From: Promethearchaeota archaeon
GTDB taxonomy: Archaea > Asgardarchaeota > Lokiarchaeia > Sigyniarchaeales > SOKP01
NCBI GenBank assembly: GCA_019058445.1
Contig: JAHPZA010000003.1
Span: 292,819-356,818, forward strand
Direction: 5' to 3'
Length of the DNA: 64,000 bases
In this document: piece by piece, positions 34,001-40,432 of the stretch
Position numbering within the stretch: the stretch's first letter is position 1
How the letters are laid out: each line of letters starts with the position of its first letter
Position numbers and translations under genes: made by a program
The notes under the pieces: model-generated
Databases searched by the model: none
What the model was told of the DNA's origin: nothing
The model's input: the letters and a program-made list of their open reading frames with translations, nothing else

Positions 34001-36044
34001 TATGAAAAAACAAATGGGTGAACCAGACGCTGAAAATCAATATCAATTTAGGGGTATAAAGAAGGATGGAACTGTGATTTGGTTAGAACTTTTTTCTAAA
34101 ACGATTAGTTATCAAGAGAAACTAGCTGTTCTTGGTACTATTTTAGACATTACCGATAAAAAATTAGCAGAAAAAGCCCTAAAAACTGAAAAAAAATTTT
34201 CAGAAGATATGATAAACACTACTTCAGATACAATTTTTGTATTTGAGCCAGCAACGGGTAAAGCTATTAGATGGAATAATTCTTTTAGTGATGTTAGCGG
34301 ATACACTAATGAAGAGATAGTTTCTATGAAAGCTCCAGACTCCTATTACAGCGAGGAGGATCTTGAACAAGCAACCAAAGCTATTAAAAAAATATCAGAA
34401 GAAGGAGAAGTTACTGTTGAAATGTCCTTAATTAGTAAAGATGGGCGCTCCATACCTTTTGAATACAGAGCAAGATCTTTCAGCACTTCAGATGGTAGAG
34501 ACTTGATAGTTTCTTATGGAAGGGATATAACAGAAAGAAAGGAAGCTGAACGACAATTACGTGAATCAAAGGAAAAATTCCGCGCTCTAGTCGAGACTAC
34601 TAGTGATTGGATATGGGAAGTGGATCATAATAATATCTATAAGTATGTCAGTCCAAAAGCCAAAGACTTATTAGGATATGAGCCTGAAGAACTTATCGGT
34701 AAAACCCCATTCGACACGATGCTGCCTGATGAGAAACAATCCATAAGAGAAATGTTTGAGTCCATTAAACAATCCAAAAATTCTTTTACAGGATTAGAAA
34801 ATATATGTATAACTAAGAACGGGGAAAAAATTGTTATTGAAACGAGTGGAGTTCCAATTTTTGATGAAAAAGGCAATTTTAGGGGTTATCGTGGTATTGA
34901 TCGCGATATTACTGTTCGTAAAAAAATTGAACAAAAATTAAAAGAGTCAGAAGAAAAATATCGTCTTATTTCTGAAAACGTATACGACCTAATTGGCATT
35001 CTAAATCAGAAATTTGAATATGAATACATTAATGAAGAAGCTTTTATATCTACATTAGGCTATACTAATGAAGAGATTATTGGAACATACGCATTAAATT
35101 ACATTCATCCTGAGGATCGTGAACTAGCATTAAATAATTTAGCTGAAGGCTTTAAAACAGGGTACGGATCTGCAGAAGTGAGATTTAAACACAAGAATAA
35201 CCAATGGATATGGATTGAAGCAAGAGGAAAAACTTTCACGGGTTCTGATGGAGATTTAAAAGCATTGATAGTATCAAGAGATATTACCAAACGTAAAAAA
35301 GCTGATGAAAATCTAAGAGAATCTGAAGAAAAATATCGGGATGCGTATGATCAAGCGAACTTCTATAAAGATCTTTTTGCCCACGATATAAATAACATTA
35401 TGCAAGTTATCAATTCTTCAGCAGAACTTATAAATTACTATATGAATAGCCCTGAAAATCTTGAAGAAATCGGCACAATTGCCGATATGATTAAAAAACA
35501 AATTGCTAAAGCAAAAATTCTAGTCCATAACGTAAACACTCTCTCAGAACTAGAGGAAGGGACAAAACCAATCAAATTAATAGAAGTTTATGAGTTGGTA
35601 CAAAATTCAGCGAAATATGTTAGAACTGCTTTCCAAGAGAGAGCTATTGATATTGAAATTGAATCTTTCAGTAACAGAATATTTGTACAAGCCAATGAAT
35701 TGCTGCAAGAGGTATTTGATAATATTTTAACAAACGCCGTAAGGTATAATGATAATTCTCTAATTAAAATTTTGGTAAATGTGTCTAGAGAAAGAAAAGA
35801 TGATCAAAAATATCTTAAATTTGAATTGATAGATAATGGCATTGGTATAGAGGATGAAAGAAAAAGAATTATATTTAAGAGAGGTCATAGAGAATCTAAA
35901 GGGCAAAAAGGAATGGGTTTAGGATTATCCTTAGTAAAAAAAATATTAGAAGGATTTAATGGAGAAATTTGGGTTGAAAATCGAGTTAAAGATGATTATA
36001 CTAAAGGAAGTAATTTTATACTATTAATACCAGAAGCAGGGTAA
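31053..36044 (+). CDS. Giant multi-PAS histidine kinase (1663 aa)
   Basis: About 10 PAS/PAC repeats (ESEEKYR..ENAND..HPxD), H-box FAHDINN and an HATPase domain (DNGIG, GLGL). Confidence 0.93.
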   Translation: MSKARAGSSPFEEKGAFLFKHLPMPSYAWQIVENDLILIDYNNVAFEITEGRIEKYLKIKATELYKDQPEILEDLRKCVRERTNFFKEIKYKFTSVDLERYFSVNYGFIPPDIVIVHTNDITEKKQIEFQKQQLEEKLIKLTKELSIVNQELEQKYHYKSNQLLKSEEKYKIITENANDIIIVFNREFKIEYCNEKPLNQILGYKIEELIGMYGYELIHPDEKETVIAGFMKGRETGKSVVVARIRHQKGYYIWIEATGRVFTDKNGIKKDVVIVRDISDRKLAETKLLNSEFELKERVKELSALYHISKIFDISNISVDDVLYDVTNFLPAAFQYPNITCARIRYNTNEYRTINFKETDLKISIKERINEKLLTIDIYILEDKPFLEEEVYFLNDIGKRLKNFLEKKETEQYLRKSEEKYRLISENANDLIVIVSKEGIIEYVNKRPLLKNFGYSLTEIIGRKPNEFIHPDALEEGEFNIIKYLKKGKKNINARLRHKKGYFVPVEFSISLFIDAYKEPKQLVIVRNISKRQEAEQKLKESEVKYRLITENVNDLISIVNEELKYEYINENVTQEMRGFSREDRIGNSPIDILHPDDIEKAKRAILEAFEVGEGRLEVRLINRDGGYDWFDVKGKTFIDIDGKKKILLVSRDLNERKEAEKKLRESEKKYRRQFEDSPNMILLLNSSGTIIDVNPAFLLNSIHNKGELIGNNFQHISGFGTLHMPLFQEKFAELLNIGHLKPIELQVHLKDNQLKWISLQASVIDIDGVKLVQVIAQDINERKEAEQKLIESEEKYRLIAENANDMIYVLNKDYRFEYINESTLMKQMGYTSEELIGKMPLEYIHPEDIGRVRKGLRKGFGTGQGTIEVRIMDKEGKYHWVEIRGQTFIDSDGKLKALSIARDINERKIAEQQIKESEEKFRTIAEQSFLGIAIIQDNLLKYVNQKLADIFGYSIEEADTWQVGEFLNVIHPEDKQFVAKQAMKKQMGEPDAENQYQFRGIKKDGTVIWLELFSKTISYQEKLAVLGTILDITDKKLAEKALKTEKKFSEDMINTTSDTIFVFEPATGKAIRWNNSFSDVSGYTNEEIVSMKAPDSYYSEEDLEQATKAIKKISEEGEVTVEMSLISKDGRSIPFEYRARSFSTSDGRDLIVSYGRDITERKEAERQLRESKEKFRALVETTSDWIWEVDHNNIYKYVSPKAKDLLGYEPEELIGKTPFDTMLPDEKQSIREMFESIKQSKNSFTGLENICITKNGEKIVIETSGVPIFDEKGNFRGYRGIDRDITVRKKIEQKLKESEEKYRLISENVYDLIGILNQKFEYEYINEEAFISTLGYTNEEIIGTYALNYIHPEDRELALNNLAEGFKTGYGSAEVRFKHKNNQWIWIEARGKTFTGSDGDLKALIVSRDITKRKKADENLRESEEKYRDAYDQANFYKDLFAHDINNIMQVINSSAELINYYMNSPENLEEIGTIADMIKKQIAKAKILVHNVNTLSELEEGTKPIKLIEVYELVQNSAKYVRTAFQERAIDIEIESFSNRIFVQANELLQEVFDNILTNAVRYNDNSLIKILVNVSRERKDDQKYLKFELIDNGIGIEDERKRIIFKRGHRESKGQKGMGLGLSLVKKILEGFNGEIWVENRVKDDYTKGSNFILLIPEAG

Positions 36045-36109
36045 CACGTTTAGCCTTATTTCAAATATTTTAATATTATTAAGTGTCTTAATTGTTACTT
36101 TATGAAGAA

Positions 36110-36262
36110 TTAATCGCGTTCATAAAATTTGCCTGGTTTTGCACCACAAAATGCCTCAAACTTGAAGAATGGCACAGTTTTTTCACAAGATGGACATGCA
36201 TAGGTTCCAGGAGCTGAATTTTGTAATACATAGTTACAGTTTGAACATATTGCCCACTTCAT
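36110..36262 (-). CDS. Small zinc-ribbon protein (Cys paralog of the 39298-39411 candidate selenoprotein)
   Basis: Manual translation: MKWAICSNCNYVLQNSAPGTYACPSCEKTVPFFKFEAFCGAKPGKFYERD*. Pattern CxxC-x13-CPxC-x12-C. Alternative ATG at 36286. Confidence 0.78.
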   Translation of the reverse strand: MKWAICSNCNYVLQNSAPGTYACPSCEKTVPFFKFEAFCGAKPGKFYERD

Positions 36263-36464
36263 ACTTGATATATTGAATATGAACATAAAATTTTTAATAT
36301 TATGAAATAAAACATATCCCTAATTTCTATTGTTTTAGATTAAAGATATTTATGCAATTTCATATATACTATAAATCCGAATTGGAAATCTTTTTTATTT
36401 TTATTAACCCTAATTATAAATTTTTGAATTTTCATTAGTTTCTCAAAAAGCATTTGCTAGAAAT

Positions 36465-36818
36465 ATGGATGTATCAAAAAATTATTACAAAATTCTTGAA
36501 GTTGAAAAAGATGCCAGTGAAGAAGAGATTAAGTTAGCCTATAGGAAGCTGGCAAAGAAATATCATCCTGATTTAAACAAGAATGATCCAAATGCCAAAG
36601 ATAAATTTATTGAATTGAAAGAAGCATATGATATTCTAATAGATCCAGAAAAACGAAAGATATATGATCAAATCGGATATAATCCTCAAAATATTGACTT
36701 TAGCGACCTTTTCAGCAAATATGATAACAGGAGACTTAGAGAGTTGCTTAGAAGGATATTTGGAAGTGATTTTAAGAGGGATTCCTACAAACCTCCCCCA
36801 GAAACGATGTATATCTAA
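36465..36818 (+). CDS. Stand-alone J-domain (DnaJ-type) protein
   Basis: YYKILEV...[12 protein letters not shown]...EAYDIL. Only 117 aa, with no Zn-finger or C-terminal domain. Confidence 0.9.
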   Translation: MDVSKNYYKILEVEKDASEEEIKLAYRKLAKKYHPDLNKNDPNAKDKFIELKEAYDILIDPEKRKIYDQIGYNPQNIDFSDLFSKYDNRRLRELLRRIFGSDFKRDSYKPPPETMYI

Positions 36819-36820
36819 TC

Positions 36821-36844
36821 CTTTTTTTTATTAATAAAAAAAAG
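36821..36844. terminator. Bidirectional oligo-T terminator (perfect 24-bp palindrome)
   Basis: CTTTTTTTTATTAATAAAAAAAAG gives T8 on both strands. It lies between the J-domain stop and the end of the minus-strand SECIS-3. Confidence 0.6.
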
Positions 36845-36854
36845 ATGGTAAAAT

Positions 36855-36901
36855 ATATCCAGAACCCTTGCTGGGTTGTCATCGTGCGTCTCATTTTTTT
36901 T
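36855..36901 (-). ncRNA. SECIS-3, 3' half (separated from its 5' half by the IS)
   Basis: Minus strand AAAAAAAAUGAG-AC-GCACGA-UGAC-AACCC-AGCAA-GGGUU-CUGGAUAU, homologous to the 3' halves of SECIS-1 and SECIS-2. Confidence 0.75.
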
Positions 36902-38316
36902 CCTTTTTTTAAGTAGAAAACCATATCTTTTAGGAAATGGATGATCTTGTATAAAAATTATTAATCCCCTTCAGTTCTTACTTTTTTATAGAGCTTCAGT
37001 CAAATATTTATAATAGGATATCAAAAAAGGAGGATAACTCTTGAAAATTAACAAAACAATGAAGCTTCGGCTCTATCCGACCAAAATCCAACGAGAACTG
37101 TTGAATAAGACATTTGGCTGTTGCCGTCTTCTATGGAATCAGATGTTAGCGGAGCGCAACGAGGTATTTCAAGAATTTAAAGAGAACTCCGAAACCTTGA
37201 GGAATTATAAGTATAAAAAAGAAAAGGATTATAAACAAGAATTTGAGTTTATGAAAGAGGTCGATAGCAAGGCTTTACAATCTACAACCCTATACCTAAT
37301 AGAGGCATTCAATAATTTTTTTAATGGGTTAAAGGTGTCCCGAAAAGTAGGATATCCGAGGTTTAAATCAAAAAAAAGTAAACAATCCTATACTACTTAT
37401 AACATCAATAGCAATATTAAAATTGATTTTGACCTAAAACATATTAAGCTCCCAAAAATTAAAAAATGGATAAAGTATAAGGATGATAGGAGTTTTACCG
37501 AGCCAATTCGTCATGTAACCGTTTCGAAAACCAAGAGCGGACACTATTACTTGGCCATTTTGATTGAAAAAGAGCTTGATATCTCACCTCTAACGGAAAT
37601 CCACGAAGATCGTATAGGAGCATTTGATATGTCAGCCACAAGGTTTCTGATTAGTGAAACTGAAGACTTTTCCAATCCTAGGTTTTATAGATCCTCAGAA
37701 GCGAGGTTAAAGCAATTGCATCGCCAATTATCTCGCAAAAAAAAGAATTCTCAAAATCGACTGAAAACCAAGCTGAGACTTGCTCGAATGTATCAAAAGA
37801 TTTGGTATCAAAAATATGATTGGACACATAAAACGACCCTTAAACTAGCTAATAAATATGATGTAGTAGTCTTAGAAGACCTTAACATCCAAGGAATACA
37901 AAAATTTAACAGCGGTCTATCTAAATCCGTGACATTAGATTTTTCATGGCATCAGTTTAAAACATTGCTAAAATATAAACTTGAATGGCGAGGAAAGCAC
38001 TAACTAGAGGTGAATCGTTTTTTTCCTTCAAGCAAATTATGCTCTGTATGTGGGCATAAAAATATTGATTTAACATTAGCAGAACGCGTATGGGTATGTA
38101 CTGAATGCGGTACACAACATCATAGAGATAAAAATGCGTCAAGCAATCTAAAAAGAGAGGGTATTCGTCTCTTACAAGAAAGAGGAATTAAAGTCATTAT
38201 TTGACCTACCGTTGGGACGACGGGAAGTTACGCTTGTGGAGATCTTGTAAGACACCCTTTAAGGTGCTTTGGTCAGGGAAACAAGAATCCAGATCCTATA
38301 TGGACTGGTAGTTCAA
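36902..38316 (+). mobile_element. IS200/IS605-family tnpB-only (IS1341-type) element
   Basis: Related subterminal hairpins at 36921-36940 (CCATATCTTTTAGGAAATGG) and 38289-38308 (CCAGATCCTATATGGACTGG). Right end has a GAAT guide (38285-38288) and a TCAA terminus (38313-38316). No tnpA. Left junction is uncertain between 36902 and 36913. Confidence 0.85.
37041..38204 (+). pseudogene. tnpB: TnpB RNA-guided nuclease interrupted by in-frame TAA at 38001-38003
   Basis: LRLYPT..FGCCR, YPRFKSK, RuvC acidic motifs (AFDM, VLEDL). After the stop, in the same frame: [11 protein letters not shown]...CTECG..HHRDKNA. Confidence 0.88.
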
Positions 38317-38336
38317 GCAAGATTCATTCTAAACTG
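38205..38336 (+). ncRNA. Putative TnpB omegaRNA (right-end RNA) plus flanking guide
   Basis: GC-rich structured tract (CCTACCGTTGGGACGACGGGAAGTTACGCTTGTGGAGA...) between the tnpB stop and the TCAA end. The guide is inferred as the following ~16-20 nt. Confidence 0.65.
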
Positions 38337-38341
38337 GATAT
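38317..38341 (-). ncRNA. SECIS-3, 5' half
   Basis: Minus strand AUAUCCAG-UUUAGA-AUGAA-UCUUGC. AUAUCCAG pairs 8/8 with CUGGAUAU (36855-36862) and UCUUGC pairs 5/6 with GCACGA on the other side of the IS. Confidence 0.75.
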
Positions 38342-38468
38342 CTAATTATAAATATTTATTAATTGCATCCGTTAGTATATCTATTTAGGATTTATTAATT
38401 TAAAATATGGAAACAATTTATTGGTTAAAATGATTTAAATGTTTAATAACACTCATTAATTTTATAAA

Positions 38469-38533
38469 CCTTAATCCTTGGCTAGGATGTCAGCAAATGT
38501 CTAAAGTTTTTACATTTGCCTCATTCGTTAAGG
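38469..38533 (-). ncRNA. SECIS-1, eukaryote-type, in the 3' UTR of the UxxU peroxiredoxin-like gene
   Basis: CCUUA-ACGA-AUGAG-GCAAAUGU-AAAAACUUUAG-ACAUUUGC-UGAC-AUCCU-AGCCA-AGGAU-UAAGG. It has the AUGA/UGA quartet core, an 8-bp helix II and an A-rich apical loop. Confidence 0.9.
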
Positions 38534-38582
38534 AAAGAATTTAAAATTTCAGTTAAGGAATGGTGTATCGATTATCATTTAC

Positions 38583-39098
38583 TTATAAATATTTATCAAT
38601 CGCATCAGTTAATATTTCTATTGTGGGTCTATCTTCTTTACTACCTATATAATACCAAACTATTTCTCCATTTTTTTTAATAAGTACTTTAGCAGGAAGA
38701 GCATTATTAACTTGTAAATCATCATGACCATCGGTTTTTTCTGTTACAAACATATTATATGATTTAGCTATTTTTCCGCCTTTATCAGGGATAGTCGTGA
38801 AATTAAAATTATTAACTTCTTTCATCTTTTTCAATCGTCTAGTACTATCTTTTGCTATTGCTATTAACTTTACGTTGCGTTTTTCGAACTCTGACATATT
38901 TTTGGTTAAGTATTTAAAGTGTTCTATTCAATATACTCACCATCCCCCTCTAAAGAAGTCGATTAAAACCCCTCGATGGTTCTCAAGCATAATCGCTAAA
39001 TTTGCTTCATTCCCATCAATGTCGGTTGTATCGATAGTAGGAGCTTTGGAACCAATAGGTAATCCTTTATTAGGTATAGAAATATGTAAATCTGTCAT
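38583..39098 (-). CDS. AhpC/TSA (peroxiredoxin-like, thioredoxin fold) selenoprotein with UxxU motif, 171 aa
   Basis: MTDLHISIPNKGLPIGSKAPTIDTTDIDGNEANLAIMLENHRGVLIDFFRGGW-U-VY-U-IEHFKYLTKN continues in frame into the 104-aa ORF (38583-38897). TGA at 38937-38939 and 38928-38930 occupy both Cys sites of the family FxRGxWCPxC motif. A SECIS lies downstream. Confidence 0.92.
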
Positions 39099-39193
39099 TA
39101 TTAACAATAAAAACAATAGAAATAAAAAGGATATTGAAATATTTTAAAAGAAAAAATAAAGAAAAATGATTAATTGTGTGTAGCGTTTTTTAA

Positions 39194-39260
39194 TCCTTAA
39201 TCCTTGGCTAGGCCGTCAGCATACGTCTATATTTTATACGTCTGCCTCATTCTATTAGGA
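39194..39260 (-). ncRNA. SECIS-2, eukaryote-type
   Basis: UCCUAAUAGA-AUGAG-GCAGACGU-AUAAAAUAUAG-ACGUAUGC-UGAC-GGCCU-AGCCA-AGGAU-UAAGGA. Helix II has a compensatory U-A to C-G change relative to SECIS-1. Confidence 0.88.
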
Positions 39261-39297
39261 ATTAAATTAAATTTTTTAATTACGTCAGATATATGAT

Positions 39298-39411
39298 TTA
39301 TCATTTAAATCTTAGTTCCATGAAAAATACAAATCTTCGACAGTTAGGGCAATAATAGTATCCACTCGTATTCTCTTGTATTGTATGTCCACACTTTTGG
39401 CATATTATCAT
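39298..39411 (-). CDS. Zinc-ribbon microprotein with putative C-terminal selenocysteine (37 aa)
   Basis: MIICQKCGHTIQENTSGYYYCPNCRRFVFFMELRFK-TGA-TAA. The TGA aligns to a Cys of the 36110-36262 paralog. The SECIS-2 core is 50 nt downstream. Confidence 0.72.
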
Positions 39412-39654
39412 ATGGTATCATTTAGTTGATAATTTGACATCTTTTAAAGTTTAATTTTATATTTTAAATATTAATTAGCAAATCATATTTATATATATAA
39501 ATCCGAGAAAAAAGTCGCTTTTTTCAGATGAAAACACGTACATAAAATTGCGTAATTAAATTTATATTATCCAACCCTATTATTATATCAATTCCTAAAA
39601 GTATAATGCATTGAAATATTATCTAAAATATTAACAGAAAGGGGTTGTTTTTTT

Positions 39655-40407
39655 ATAAATATCGTTAAAATAATCGTTGACGGATTTGGTGGAGTAGGAA
39701 AGACAACCTTACTCAAAAAACTCGAGTACGGAATCTTCGACCCAGATACAAGGTTAACGATCGGATGCGATTTTTTTGCTAAAAAAACAAACCTTTTTGG
39801 ACATAGTGTAACTGCACAATTTTGGGATTTAGTAGGAGCAGCCCGATTTAATTTTTTGCGACCAATTTGTTATAAGGGAGCAAATTGTATTGTTTTAGTG
39901 GCAGACCTCACGAGACCAATCACTTTTGAGCGAATTGATTATTTTATTGAAGTCGCAAAAAAAGCTAATATTAATCCTAATCAAATTATTTTAGTAGGAG
40001 CCAAAACAGACTTATTTTATGAAAGAAGCGTTGACTCCCTTTATTTATCAACAATTTTAGAAAAGCTTGGCATATCCGAATCCGTAGAAACATCGGCAAG
40101 AAATAACCATAATTTAGAGGAATTATTTGAATTAGCTACTGCCTTGGCAATGTATCACAAGGGAATGATTACTGAAAATGAATATATCTTTATGAAAGAA
40201 GAAGTTAAACAGAGAATTAAAGAACCAGTGCCCGAACCATATGAAAAATTAATAAGAAAATGCTGGAAGTGTGGAAGATCGTTATTCTTTCACGAATTTT
40301 GCGATTCTAATAATAAAATTTATAATGAAGAGAGATTATTAGAATTATGGGAAAATCCTGTTCTTGAATTTTATTGCTGTGCTTGTTATAAAGAGCTAAC
40401 TTCTTAA
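39655..40407 (+). CDS. Rab-like small GTPase with C-terminal Cys-rich domain, non-canonical start
   Basis: Frame is open upstream of the tracked ORF: IVKIIVDGFGGVGKTT (G1), TIGCDF (G2), WDLVGA (G3), GAKTD (G4), ETSAR (G5), then CWKC...CCAC. No in-frame ATG/GTG/TTG before 39856. Confidence 0.85.
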   Translation: MNIVKIIVDGFGGVGKTTLLKKLEYGIFDPDTRLTIGCDFFAKKTNLFGHSVTAQFWDLVGAARFNFLRPICYKGANCIVLVADLTRPITFERIDYFIEVAKKANINPNQIILVGAKTDLFYERSVDSLYLSTILEKLGISESVETSARNNHNLEELFELATALAMYHKGMITENEYIFMKEEVKQRIKEPVPEPYEKLIRKCWKCGRSLFFHEFCDSNNKIYNEERLLELWENPVLEFYCCACYKELTS

Positions 40408-40432
40408 TTCTTAATTACTCAAAAAAAAAAGC

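Noticed and set aside
38317-38336. TnpB guide targeting SECIS-1 or SECIS-2
   Set aside because: The guide-proximal sequence GCAAGA does not match the equivalent positions in those copies. Only TCATTC is shared.
38583-39098. Prx-like gene read as a pseudogene, or TGA as a genome-wide reassigned codon
   Set aside because: Both TGAs sit exactly at catalytic Cys positions with a SECIS downstream. TGA is a normal stop elsewhere in the window (e.g. 16612, 49534, 53596).
38797-39147. 116-aa plus-strand ORF
   Set aside because: Antisense shadow of the UxxU selenoprotein gene with no motifs of its own.
38469-39306. SECIS repeats read as C/D-box sRNAs, tRNA fragments (UAGCCAAG) or CRISPR repeats
   Set aside because: The region between AUGA and CUGA is a covarying helix rather than a single-stranded guide. 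There is no cloverleaf and no regular repeat-spacer period.
39405-39440. 10-codon minus-strand ORF MSNYQLNDTI-TGA-TAA overlapping the microprotein start
   Set aside because: Too short, with no Cys homolog. Plausibly chance in AT-rich DNA, though a Sec-sensing uORF cannot be fully excluded.
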